Source of the DNA: Azolla caroliniana
Lineage: Eukaryota; Plantae; Polypodiophyta
Direction: 5' to 3'
Assembly: GCA_043228905.1 (NCBI GenBank)
Contig: JBHGNT010000016.1
Coordinates: forward strand, 14,136,001-14,200,000
DNA length: 64,000 nt
In this document: piece after piece, positions 1 to 12,865 of the stretch
How positions within the stretch are numbered: position 1 is the stretch's first letter
How the letters are laid out: each line of letters begins with the position of its first letter
Notes under the pieces: model-generated
The model's database searches: none
What the model was told of the DNA's origin: nothing
The model's input: only the letters and a program-made list of their open reading frames with translations
Made by a program: the position numbers and the translations under genes

Positions 1-3000
1 GGGATGGATGACTCAGACACCTCAGCAAGTCCGGTGTCATGCATCTATCTAGAGCCAGATACATCCCCAAACTCTCCTTCTCCGATCATCAATTTTGCGA
101 GCATTTCTAGTATCGCAAACAAATAGCCACATCACGCCCGACATCAACAATGAGAGAATCGACCCCCCTTGACTTGGTCCACTCAGATCTTTGTGGCCCC
201 ATGCCACATCAGTCTCTTGGTGTTGCTCTGTACTTCGTTAGTTTTATCAACGATTCAACTTGGAAGGTATGGGCTTATCTGATCAAAACCAAAGATCAGG
301 TGTTCTCGATCTTTTCCGAATGGCTCACCATGGTAGAAAAAAAGTCCAGCCGAAATCTAAAATTCCTTCGGACCGACCACGGAGGAGAGTTCAAATCTAA
401 AGAATTCATTAGATTTTGCAAACAACGCAGCATAAGATGTGAATACACGGTACCATATACTCCTAAGTAGAATGGAATTAGTGAGCGGATGAACCAGACA
501 ATTCAAGAACAGATAGTATCTATGCTCCACCGCTCTAGACTGTCGGGTGGCTTCTAGGAAGAGGCCCTACTTATGGTAGTACACATAATCAATATTTCAC
601 CGAGTGGTCGTCTAGGGCTTCAAATTTCTCAAGAATTATGGACATGCAATAAGTTGAATTACAATAAGCTAAGGATTTTCGGATGCGAGGCGTACACCCT
701 CATACTGAAAGAAAATCATCGAAAACTTGAACCAGGGTCTAGGAAATGAATCTTCCTTGGTTGTGGACCAAATGTTGAAATCAGATAACAAGTCTAGGAC
801 CACGACAACAGACAAATCGTCTGAAGTTTGGACGTAGTGTTCAATGAGTCAACTATGCACAAGATGGCCAAAAGGCCTATTGAAGTCCGAAGGGTAACCT
901 TTTCAAATGTGCCGACCCTTCACGAAGGCACATCCCATAACACGAGGTCGGCTTCACGGATTGTCGAATCCTCTAGCATCAGTTCAGTAGCACTCGGTTC
1001 GACTTTCGCTCATCCCACCTCGATACCCAATGTGACTAGTCCAGTTATACCTCGAAGATCCGAGAGACTGGCGCAGGCTCCAGAGAGGTACTCTCTTGGA
1101 ATCTTCTTTACGGATACTCACGAACTGATGTCATACCAAGAAGCATCAGCATCAGCCGGTTCGGCTAGATGGCATCTTGCAATGGAGTCAAAGATGAACT
1201 CCATTCAGGAAAACAAGACTTGGGACTTGGTCGAAGTACCAAAAAGTCGACGTGCTCTTCTATGCAAGTGGGTGTATAGATTAAAAGAAAACATCTGATT
1301 CGGCCACCCCAAAACTCAAGGCCAGATTAGTAGCAAAGGTTTTCCGAGAAGAATATGGTGTCGACTTCGACGAGATCTTTTCACTAATGGTGAAAATGAT
1401 GAACCTTCGCTTCATGCTTGGTATTGTTGCAATTGAGCACCTAGATCTAATCCAACTAGATGTATAAACAACATTCTTCCATGGTGACTTAGAGGAGGAA
1501 ATTTAGATGGAGCAACTGAAAGGCTTGCTGGCATCCGGCTAGGAACATCTAGTCTGTCGACTCAAGAAGAGTCTTTACGTCTTGAAACAGACACCGCCGT
1601 AGTTGTACAAGAATTTTGACGACTTCATCCAATCAATCGGCTTCTCAAAGAGTGATGAGGAGCACTGCCTCTTCACCAAAATAGCTCGAGATGGGTCTCC
1701 CATCTTCCTCATCATCTATGTGGACCATATGCTCCTCTTTGGTCGGCATGCTGGAGATCTCGCCGAACTCGTTTGGCAACTGCGGTTGAAGTTTTCCATG
1801 GAGGACCTCGGTCCAACAAGAACATCTTAGGGATGAAGATAATTCTACCTCAAGCTCAATGATAGTTGTTCCTGTCTCAAGCGAACTATATCGGACATGT
1901 CTTAGAACACTTCAACATGCAATCGGTCAAATCTGCTTCAACCCCGCTTCCCAATAAAACTCGCTTGTCTCAGTGAGACTGCTTCACATCCAATCCAGAG
2001 GGGGATGTTATGAAGTCAGTACCATATGCACCGGCAGTCACTTCCTTGATGTACGCAATGGTTGCGACACGGCCTGCCATTGCTCACACCATCAGAGTCG
2101 TCAGTAGATTTCTGCACAATCCCGGTCGATTGCATTGCAATGCAATCAAGCATATGTTCAGATATTCGGTGGTCAGAAAGGATTACAACATTCTATTCAG
2201 GTCGAGTGACACTTCAGGTGTACTCCGCTATACCAATTCGGACTTCGCTGGCTACATGAACAGTCAAAAGTCAACAACCGGATACTATTTCATGTTTGGC
2301 AATGGGGCATTCTCATGGAAATTGAAACTTCAAGAATGCACTACCACATCAACAACCGAGGCTAAATACTTAGTCACGTCGGACGCGGCAAAAGACGCAT
2401 TATGGGTCAGTCGGCTAGCTCGGATGTTTCAACAAGCCGAATCCGACTCAGCTCCAGTTATCTACAACGAAAGTCAAGGTGTTGTCACTTTGTCGAAAAG
2501 TCCGGTTCAACACAACGCCACGAAGAACATCAAAGTGAGATATCACTTTGTTTGGGACTGCATCATTTCAGGGAAAATCGACGTCGAGAAAATACCTATA
2601 GCCGATAATGTCGCAGATGGGATGAACAAATGTCTTTTGGCGTATCGATTCTAATCCCTTCGGCACCAGATGGGCGTAATGAAGAATCAGTCTAATTGAG
2701 TCAGGCGTTTAGGATGGTTTCAGATAATCAACATCGACAGTTTGAGGCTATGCTCCAGTTCTTCTGACCCCGGCTAATTCTTCCTTCTACTCTCGGATTT
2801 TGCCAACTCGAACAAAACCGAATTGTTCGATAACCTTGTATAAATGTGCACTCCGTTTTGTTTATTACAAATTCTCTGTTATATACACCGATTACAGGGT
2901 CGTGTCGAATACAGGTCTCTAATGGACGTATTCACATTGTCCCATTGGACACACTAGGCTTAGGTTAATTTTGTAAATAGTGAAAAGGGCAGTTGCCCTA

Positions 3001-3035
3001 AGTCAGTTAGTATTTAAATTGACTTTTGTAACCTA
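1..3035 (+). mobile_element. Degenerate Ty1/copia element, family A (5'-truncated at window edge): integrase, RT, RNase H and start of 3' LTR
   Basis: Fragmented ORFs with copia motifs (LVHSDLCGP, RTDHGGEF, YVDHML, ISWK/STTEAKY, KNIKVRYHF); many stops and frameshifts. The 3' LTR starts TGTCGAATAC at 2903, matches the LTR at 4180/9388 and is lost after about 3035. Confidence 0.9.
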
Positions 3036-3319
3036 ATGTTATTGTTGTTAATTTTTTGTTGTTGCCACCATTTGTTTGTAACTCAGAGCTTTAATAATAA
3101 GGTTACATCTTGCTTGTGTTATCTTAGTTTCTCTTCTCTCATTGTTACCTTGTTGATCGTGTATTATGATCTAGTTGCCTATTGCTCTAAATTTGCTTCT
3201 CCATCTATTCATCTGACGATCTTAATAACCATGAGTGTTCAGCTATTGTTCTGCAACTGACGGCCACTTACAACAAGTCAAACTATTAAATTACCACATC
3301 CTAGAGTGAAGGGGGAGTT

Positions 3320-3782
3320 TGTTGGGAAACAAGTTCCTCCGAATGGGACATGTAGGACAATTGGATCCGGACTAGGAGTCAGATTGTCCGATAGACATTC
3401 GATAGGGCATCCGAACTGATTTTGTCTTGGCTGCATACATGCTATATTTGTAAATATCCCATAATGTGTATAATTATAAATACGCTTAGGGTTGACATTA
3501 ATGAGAGAGATATGTATAGAGTTGTAGTAGTTGTTAGACGTAGAGAGTTGTACAGTGTGGACTGAGTGTGAGCTTAGAGACTGAGTGTGTATGTGTAACT
3601 ATCAGTATGACGAAGACAAGCTTGAGGCTGTTGCCTATGAGGCTCCAATGGTTTTTCCAATCTCAAGGTTTCCATGTTATATCCGGTGTCTTTGTGTCTG
3701 TGCATTCTTGTTTTTCAACCGCTTTCAATTATTTTCTTTCTCATTCCTCTACAACTAGTTGTGGCCGGTCCCATATTTAACA
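3320..3782 (+). mobile_element. Orphan 3' LTR (with PPT) of a Tork/Tnt1-like copia
   Basis: Preceded by GTGAAGGGGGAGTT, the same PPT as the 21768-27329 element; starts TGTTGGG and ends TTAACA. The U5 segments (GGTTTTTCC...TTTCCAYGT, GTTGTGGCCG) resemble that element's LTR. Confidence 0.7.
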
Positions 3783-4179
3783 ATTAGGTAGATATATCTT
3801 AGAGTTAAGACAACATAGAGAGAATAAGCTACAAAATGTTAACAATAAGAAATTAAGAAAATAAGGGAATGTTAGCTACATTGCCCAGATGCCATGGTTG
3901 GGGTACCTATTAGGTAACTGGTCCCTCTGAATGGGAAGAGGAGCACGAGTTGAAGAAAAGAGAGAACTGAATCAATTCATAACATCTTGGCCGAGGCTGA
4001 AAAATCAAACTGATTGTCCCATTCGGTCGTTGCCAAAAATTGAATCTGAATCGATTCGGCTAATAGCCGACTTGGGGCTATATCTGTTAATAGCCCTGAA
4101 TGTTGTATTAGTATCAATACATCTAGGGCAATCATTATGATCACAATATAGTTGTTGAAAAGTTATAGTTGGTAGTTGT

Positions 4180-4368
4180 TGTCGAATACGAGTGTATAAT
4201 GGCCGCATTCACATTATCCCTTTGGACAGCCCAAGTTTGGGCTATTTCTGTAAATAACATAAAGGGCAGTTGGCCTAGGACAGTCACTATATAAAGTGAC
4301 TTTGTAACCTTTAGAAAAGGTTGGTTGTCATTCTTTGTAACTGTTGCTATTGGAATATAACATTGGTT

Positions 4369-4407
<39 letters not shown>

Positions 4408-4493
4408 GTCTATCTTGTTTTATGCGCATACATAGGTCCTTCTTCATCACGAATGTTGCTTGCACTTCCGCATTGACGGCCTTGTCCCCAACA
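4180..4493 (+). repeat. 5' LTR, family A (contains (CT)n)
   Basis: Direct repeat of 9388-9690; followed by the PBS. Confidence 0.92.
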
Positions 4494-7400
4494 TTTGGTA
4501 TTAGAGCGTTGGAGGTTCTTCAACCCGCTGCCGGCCGTCATAGTACACCACACAACATTCCGTTTTCGTTTTCTTTGAAGAACAGAGAAGGGAGAAGAAA
4601 AACAAAAAGCTCACATCTCACTGTGTTAAATCATAAAATTGGAGTAAGCCAGTTGGTTGTACTATGTTCCTGTGATTGTAACCGCTTGAGGGGAGCTCCT
4701 TGAGCAACAACCAACCCAATCGTGCTTCATTCGGTTAAACAACATCCGAATAGATCACCGGACGTTATTCACCCGCTTGTTGTAACCACCCACTGCAGAT
4801 TGGTCTGTAGGCAATAACCAAATTCATGCTTCACTCGGCTGATTGACATTCAAGAGGATCAGTTGGATCCGTCCCTCTCATCGATGCAATCGTCTGAAGC
4901 AGAATCGGCCCAAACAATCGGTTTCTTGTAATCAGTATTTGGCATACCATCGGAAGTTAACCGGGCTCATTCCAACTCAGCAACATTCGGGAAGACCAGT
5001 CAGTTCTGTCCCTCAAGTTACCGGAGTCACTCCGAGCAAGTTCAACAACAAGTATCCGAAACCAAACCGACTCGGGTTCAAAACCGACTAGAACGATATC
5101 GGGTGAGCCAACCGGTTGCACCCCATTAAGGTTCGTAGTCAACTCCGAACCGAGTCTTACCAACCGAAACCAAAGCAAATGGCATCAACATCCAGCTCAT
5201 CGGAGATGAGTCTAAGGAGGTTCGAGGGTTCGAACTTCAACTTCTGGAAGGAACAAATGCACGACTATCTCATAGTCAAGGGTCAGATAGACCCGATTGA
5301 GAATGAAAATCCTCCAGAAGCATACAAGGCAAACGAGTGGCTAAAGCTGGACAGAATTGTCTGTGCCACGATTCGGATGCACTTGTCCGAGTCAGTGTAC
5401 TTCACAGTGCAATGATGCACGACAGCTTTTGAACTTTGGAAAACACTGTCGGAAACTTATGAAAAGAAGGTCGCGGCAATGAAGATGTATCTGATCCGGT
5501 GCCTCTACAACTTGCGGATGAAAGAATCTGATTCAGTTCAGGCACACCTCAACGAGTACGAAAGCCTAAGCTCCCAAATATCTTCTCAAGAGACGACAAT
5601 CGAGGATGAACTCATGAGTAGTCTCCCCTCTTCATGGGAAACTTTCATTACAACCGTGTGCAATGCTTCAACAGCTGTCGTGAAGTACTCCAAAGTCACG
5701 AGCACAATCCTAACTGAAGCAGCTCAGAGAATGTCTTTTGCCAAAGACTCGGCAGATGAAGCTTATGTAGTACAAGGTTCAACTGACCGATCTAATAGTC
5801 GGGGAAGAAGTTCTTCCCGACCGCCGAACAATCAGCGAAGCTGGAGCAAGTCCCGGGACAACCGAATCTGCAACTACTGCAAGAAACCAGGACACATCAA
5901 AGCTGACTGCCGGGCACTCAAAGCAAAAAACCGACAAAGCTCAAAGAGAGGATCAGAAGAGTAGCCGGCATGACGAGGTCAACTACGTTGGCTCTTCAGC
6001 CGAAATTTTGACGACCGACCCGAACATATTGTCCATAGAGAACCCAGTCGAATAAGAAGTTCTGCTTATGACTGAGGAATCGAGCACATGGCTCCTAGAC
6101 TCGGGCGCATCGTATCATGTGACACCTCACTGATCTCAGTTTTGGCAATACTCGGACCGGCACTCCGACTCAATTCGAGTCGGAAACTCGCAGCACTGTG
6201 CTATAATCGGGATCGGCACCGTAGAGCTCAGCCTTCCAAGCGGATCTACACTCGTACTACACAACGTCCGACACATTCCTGAGCTCTCAAGACCCTTGAT
6301 CTCAGTCAGACAGCTTGACGAAGCCGGTATCCGTGCCAGATTCTCATGAGGAGGGTGGACACTCCACAAAGGGAACCTCTTGCTTACTCGAGGACCAAAG
6401 GTACATTCCTTGTATCCTTTATATGTCACACTCAAAGAGGGTGACTTATTTTTGGTTGATATCCCCGTGTCATCGTTATGGCACGGACGACTTGGACACC
6501 TCAGCAAGGCCGGCATAAAGCACCTATCCAGTGCCAGTTACATCCCCAAACTCTCCTTCTCGGATCACCAATTCTGCGAGCATTGCCAGTACTGCAAACA
6601 GGTAGTCACATCACACCCGACATCAACACCAAGTGAATCGAGTCCCCTCGATTTGGTCCATTCAGACGTCTATGGCCCGATGCCACATCAGTCCCTTGAC
6701 GGTGCTTCGTACTACGTCAGTTTTATTGAGAACTCAACTTGAAAGGTGTGGGCTTACCCCATCAGAACCAAAAATCGAGTGTTCTCGATCTTCTCCGAAT
6801 GGCTTGCAATGGTCGAAAATCAAACCTGTTGGAAACTAAAATGTCTCCAAACCGACAACGGAGGGAAATTCAAGTATGAAGAATTCGTCAAATTTTGCCA
6901 GGAACGCGGCCTTCGACGTGAATATACGACACCCTATAGTCCGGAGTAGAACGGAATTGTTGAACGCATGAATCAGATGATTCAAGAACGCATAGTATCC
7001 ATGCTCCAACACTCCATACTGTCGAATGGCTTCTGGGCGGAGGCTCTACTTACGGCAGTATACATAATAAATATGTCGCCAAGTAGACCTCTAGGACTTA
7101 AAATACCTCAGGAAACATGGACCGGCAGTAAGCCGAATTATGACAAGCTGAGGATCTTTGGTTGCGAGGCGTATGCCCTCATACCGAAAGACTACCGCCG
7201 GAAACTTGAACCAAGATCAAGGAAATACGTTTTCCTTGGATATGGACCCGACGGCGAGATCGGATACCGACTCTGGGACCCCGAGCACAAACAAATCGTC
7301 TGAAGTTCGGACGTCGTGTTCAATGAGTCGGCTATGCATAAAACGGCCGAAAGGCCTATTGAAGTCCGAAGGGTAATATTTTCCGAAGTGCCAACCCTTC

Positions 7401-9387
7401 ATGACGGCCCAGCCCACAACACGAGATAAGTTTCACGGGTAACCGACAACTCTCACACCGAATCCACCGATTCGGCATAGCCGAATGGCTCGGCTCCCGA
7501 CCATCCGACATCGACACCCGGTACGACTAGTCCATTCATACCTCGCAGATCCGAGAGACTGTCGCAACCGCCGGAGAGATACTCACCCGGAATTTTCTTT
7601 ACCGATGTTGGCGAACTGACGTCTTACGAAGAAGCATCGGCATCTGCCGATTCAGCCACATGGCATCTGGCGATGGAGTCCGAAATGTACTCCATTTGGG
7701 CAAACAAGACTTGGGACTTGGTCGAATTACTAACGAATCGAGGTGCTCTTCCGTGTAAATGGGTCTATCGACTAAAAGAGACGTCCGACTCGACCACCCC
7801 AAAGTACAAGGCCAGATTAGTTGCGAAGGGATTTCGACAAGAATATGGCGTCGACTTCGACGAAATCTTTTCACCAGTGGTGAAAATGATAACCCTTCGT
7901 TTCATGCTCGGTGTCATGGCCGCTGACAACTTGGAGCTGATGCAGCTAGATGTAAAAACGGCATTACTCCACGGTGACCTACAGGAGGAAATCTATATGG
8001 AGCAGCCGAAAGGCTTTGTGGCATCCGGTCAGGAACATCTAGTCTGCCGACTCAGGAAGAGTCTATACGGCCTGAAATAGGCACCCTGATAGTGGTACAA
8101 GAAGTTTGATGACTTCATCCAGTCGGTCGGCTTCTCCAAGAGCAATGATGACCATTGTCTCTTCACCAAAACAACTCAAGATGAGTCTCCCGTCTTCCTC
8201 ATCATTTACGTGGAGGACATGCTAATCTCCGGTCGACATGCCGGCAAGCTCACCGAACTCATTCGGTGACTGCGGTTGAAGTTTGGCATGAATGACCTCG
8301 GTCCAGCAAGACACATACTTGTTATGAAGATTAGTCGGCATCGCGATAAACGACAACTTTTCTTGTCACAAACCGACTACATCGGACGTGTCTTGGAACG
8401 CTTCAACATGCACTCGGCCAAGTTTGCTTCGACCCCGCTCCCCATTAACCTTCGGCTGTCTCAGTGACACTGCCCGACATACGGTCTGGAGGGGGAAGAT
8501 ATGAAGTCGGTACCGTATGCACCGGCAGTCGGCTCCCTTATGTATGCAATGGTCACAACACGACCTGATATTTCTCACGCCGTAGGAGTCGTCAACAGAT
8601 TCATGCACAACCCCGGCCGATCGCATTAGAACGCAGTCAAGCATGTGTTCAAATATCCAGCTAGCACAAAAGACCACGACATTCTTTTCGGCCCGAACTC
8701 AACCTCAGGCGTAGTCGGTTACACCGACTCGGACTTCGTCGGCTGCGTGGACAGTTGGAAATCAACAACCAGATATTGCTTCAAATTCTGCAATGGAGCA
8801 ATCTCGTGGAAGTCGAAACTCCAAGAGTGCACAACCACCTCAACGACCGAAGCAGAATATGTAGCCGCGTCCGACGCGACAAAAAAAGCCTTGTGGCTCA
8901 GTCGGCTGGCGCACACGTTTCGACAACTCAACTCCAACTCGGCTCTAGTTGTCTACAACGACAGTCCGAGTGTTGTGGCTTTGTCAAAGAATCTGGTTCA
9001 CCACAATGCCTCCAAGCATATCGACGTTCGATATCACTTCAGTCGGGAGTGCATCATTTCAAGGAAAATCGGTCTCGAGAAAATATCCACAACCGATAAT
9101 GTCACAGACAGAATGACCAAGTGTCTTTCGGTGGATCGTTTACGGTCCCTTCGGCACAAGATGGGCGTAACGAAAAATCGGTCCGGTTAAAGTTGGACAC
9201 ACAGCACAGGATGGTTTCGGACCACTGACATCAATTCTTTGAGGATCGGCTTCAGCTCTTCCGACCCGACCGGTTCGGTCTTCTGTCTTCGGATCTTGCC
9301 GACTCTAACAAAACCGATCAGTCCGATAAACCTTGTATATACCTGTAATTATTTAGATAACCCATGTATATGCCCATTACGGGGGAG

Positions 9388-9581
9388 TGTCGAATACGAG
9401 TGTATAATGGCCGTATTCACACTGTCCCTTTGGACAACCCAAGTTTGGGTTATTTCTGTAAATAGCATAAAGGGTAGTTGCCCTAGGACAGTCACTATAT
9501 AAAGTGACTTTGTAACCTTTAGAAAAGGTTGGTTGTCATTCTTTGCAACTGTTGCTATTGGAATATAACATTGGTTTGTGC

Positions 9582-9631
<50 letters not shown>

Positions 9632-9690
9632 TTATGCGCATACACAGGTTCTTCTTCATCATGAATGTTCCTTGCACTTCCGCATTGACG
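9388..9690 (+). repeat. 3' LTR, family A (last ~15 bp lost by deletion)
   Basis: Matches the 5' LTR up to CGCATTGACG, then abuts a minus-strand LTR of another family. Confidence 0.9.
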
Positions 9691-10794
9691 CACTCTTTAT
9701 ACAAGCCCTAATGACTGGGCTAACACAAGTACTAACAAGTACTTGAATGCTCATTAACTGAGCTTGACACTAATTCTGCCTATAATATTCCTATTTACTA
9801 TAATAGGAATATAGGCCCCTAACGACCAACCGATTCGGTTTTCGGCTTACTCAGCCGATTCGGGCCTAGTTGATCGACCTCCGTCTAATCTAGCTCTGCG
9901 CTTCTTCAATCGATTTGGCCCAAGTTGAGTTTGCTTGCTCAACAGTCCCCCTCAAGCTCAACTTGAGGTCCCACCGTGTCATCTCCAATTGGTCAGTCGT
10001 TCCAGCTTCTCCTAGCGTCCCAACGCCTCACTCGTGCTCCTCGTCCAGTCCGATCTCACATTTCTCGACCCGTCTAGTTCCATGCACCTCAACCTCTATG
10101 GTCATCTTGTCTACTACCTAGGCCCTTGTCAGCTTCCTCATTGTTGCGGTATTGGTGCCCCTCGACCTGTTGGTTCCTTTGTATCGGCGTCGTCTTTGGC
10201 TACTCCTTGTCCGCTTGGCCTTTATGCAATTTGGCCCTTTTGAATCACTCATCTCAACCGAATCGGTTGTCTCCGATTCCTTCCCACTCTTGTCCAAATT
10301 GGCTTTCTCCAATTCGCCCTCCTTCAGGCCCTTGACCACATCTGACCATGTCCTAGTCCTGGCCTTTTTCCCCAACTCAGCTTTCCCTTTCTTGGCTCTA
10401 CCACCTGCTTTCACTTTATTGGCTTTGATCCCCCTTTGTTCAGAAGGCTTTGGTCCGTTCTTTCATCCGCGCCCCTTGCATCTGGGTAGTCTCCACTTAG
10501 CCAATCTTCTTCCATCTATCCACACATCCTCCGCTTCTTCAGCCAATCCGGATGTTCCGACCTCTTCAGTCGTACCAAAATTGAATTCTTTATCCAATTC
10601 GGTTTTTTGGACTTCATCTTTCTCCTCACTCTCGTTCTCGTTTCTCCCCCTCAAGTTTGGCATGTCGAGGTGTTGTACACCAAGCATGTCCGAGAATTTC
10701 CACAACTTGTCTAGGCTAAGAGGTTTGGTGAAGATGTCGGCCACCTGCCGATCAATCGAAACATACACAAGTTCTACTTCAACAGAGAGACATC
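9691..10794 (-). mobile_element. 3' part of a copia family B element: RNase H end, charged C-terminal extension, PPT and partial 3' LTR (9691-9944)
   Basis: Minus ORF VSIDRQVADIFTKPL...; PPT TTGAGCTTGAGGGGGAC followed by TGTTGAGCAAGC; LTR similar to 56720-57146. Continues at 18901 after removing the 10795-18900 insertion. Confidence 0.88.
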
Positions 10795-11166
10795 TGTTGT
10801 TGGGGTGGGGGGTGAAGCCTAGAATGGCTTCACCCCCCCTCCCGAGGGGGGTTATGATAGAGAGAGAGAGAATGAGAGAGTGAAAATAAGAAATGACACC
10901 AAATGAGAGGGAAAAAGTTGTATTCCATTATGCCCCATGGGTGGGGTTTAAAAGAGGTAACCGTTACAAATAAAGAATGAGACAAGTAGGGAGTTACATT
11001 ACTTACCCACTTTCTCACCTTTGTACACATGCACACAAATGTGCATGTGTTTATACACATACACATACACATACTCATCCTCACACACTCATTCACATTA
11101 TACATACACATCAACCACATCATTAAGCATACCCTTATGCCTCCCCGTATATTCTTACGGGTAACA
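10795..11166 (-). repeat. LTR of non-autonomous element (3' copy if minus orientation)
   Basis: Direct repeat with 18533-18900; begins TGTTACC on the minus strand, like the gypsy LTR at 29255. Confidence 0.9.
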
Positions 11167-12399
11167 CATGGCACACCTGTGGGACAGTGCATTGCACGGT
11201 GAACCCACTCGCCATGGCAACTCTTCTCGACCGGAACTCCATCGGTCGTCTTAACGGTCGGAAAATCCCTTGACCAGATCACTGCTCTACAATCAATATC
11301 TTTGATCAGAGCTTTGCTTGACTCGAACCTTCTCGTTCGATCAACACAATGCACGATTGGATCATACACCAATCGGCTAGTTTACTGCGGCATGGGTCGT
11401 GAAATCGTGTTGTGTGTTTATGTATTCTTTCTTTGAGTTGTGTTTTTGTAATTTCATGATTTGTACCCCTTAATTTTTAAAATTTTCGTTTTTACCCTCA
11501 AAATTTTGAAATTTTAATGGATACCACCCTTGAGCTTGTGAAATTGTCCTCCATTGCCCTCTGGTTCTTAAAATTCAGTAGTGTGCCCTCGCACTATCGT
11601 AATTTTTATCTAGCCCTCAAGCTTTTCTTTTACATATTTGTCTTTTTCCTCCTTTCACTTTTTCCTTTTTGTTTTCTTCTCTGTCTCTGTCTTGTTCCCT
11701 TGTCTCTGTCTTGTTCCCTTCTTTCTCTTTTCTGCTGTTGTTGCTTCCTTCTCTTCTTTTCTGTCTAGTTGCTTCTACGGCTTCTCCTTCTTCTTCTTAT
11801 CTATCGTTGTCCTTTTCTTCTTTTTTGATTCTCTTCTTCTTTACTTCATATGTTGAGTGGAGCACTTTTGTTTTTCATCTGTCTCGACCGGCTGTCGGTT
11901 TGCCGGCTGCCAGACCGCCTATCCGGCCGACTGTCGCCGTCGATTCGGTGCTCTGTCTGTCGGCCGTCGCTCTTGACCCGTCCGGCTCTATCCGGCGCCA
12001 TCTACGGTTGTTGGATGCCGGCTGTCTGGCCATGTGTAGGCCTTTTTCATTCGTCGCTTGTATCTCGATGGTCGCCATTTGCCGTTTGCCGGTTTGTCTG
12101 TCCGGCTATTTCCGCCGGCTGGCCATGGTCATCTTTCCACCGGCTGTCGAATGTCTGCCGTGTCCGCCTGTCAGCGATCTATCTGTGGCTGTCTATGTCC
12201 GCTGGTCGGACCATCTGTTCGGCTATCACCTTCGCCATCGCTGTCGCCGTCGTCCGGTCGGCCGTAGCGTCTACCAGCAGACCGTCTATGCATTGTCGGC
12301 TTCGAGAGCTATTCTCCCGATCCTGCAGCATACCTCAATGCATTCGGGGACACCAAGAAGAAGCAAGGTGTCTGTACGTAGCTTCTCTTCTTCTAATCA

Positions 12400-12636
12400 T
12401 CATCACCTCCACTGATGCCATTATCTTGTGTGTTCTCATTAACTACTTCCCCCAAAACTTGTTTTGTATTACTTTCAATGTGCAATCCAAGAATACAGAC
12501 GAAATGATTACATGCCATCTTCACATTAGTTCGGAGTCCTTTTTCTTCACCACCAAGCATTAATATGGTGGGCACACCTCGTGGAAGATCTCTGACTCGA
12601 ATGACATTAGGACCAACTGCAGTGGCACCCACAACT
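12400..12636 (-). pseudogene. Captured SpoU/TrmH-family rRNA methyltransferase (MRM1/RlmB-like) fragment, C-terminal part
   Basis: Translation VVGATAVGPNVIRVRDLPRGVPTILMLGGEEKGLRTNVKMACNHFVCI matches SpoU motif 2 (ILVLGxEGxGLR...C...V.I). Confidence 0.8.
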
Positions 12637-12824
12637 TGAAGAAAATAATAAGCAAAATAAAGTAAAATAAATTATTATGTAGTTCTTATTTAGTTCATAT
12701 GAAATCGGTTTCCTTCATGAGAAGGAAACCGTATGTCTATTTGTGGTGGCCTTATAAAGCCACCACCACCAACGTTTGTATGTAATGGCATTATACTAAT
12801 AATAAAGCTTCTTTCTGTTTTCTC

Positions 12825-12865
<41 letters not shown>

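Larger units (their letters stand above)
4180..9690 (+). mobile_element. Near full-length degenerate Ty1/copia element, family A
   Basis: 5' LTR 4180-4493 (TG...CA); PBS TGGTATTAGAGC (tRNA-iMet type, 1 mismatch) 4496-4507; gag with CNYCKKPGHIKADC knuckle, protease (WLLDSGAS), integrase, RT and RNase H, with many stops (5179-9190); PPT GGGGGAG 9381-9387; 3' LTR from 9388, truncated at about 9690. Confidence 0.93.

Noticed and set aside
10152-10883. 243-aa plus-strand ORF
   Set aside because: It is the antisense shadow of the copia C-terminal extension and runs across an insertion junction.
11517-12563. Overlapping 237-248 aa plus-strand ORFs as genes
   Set aside because: They arise from stop-poor pyrimidine- and GC-rich low-complexity sequence and have no recognisable domain.
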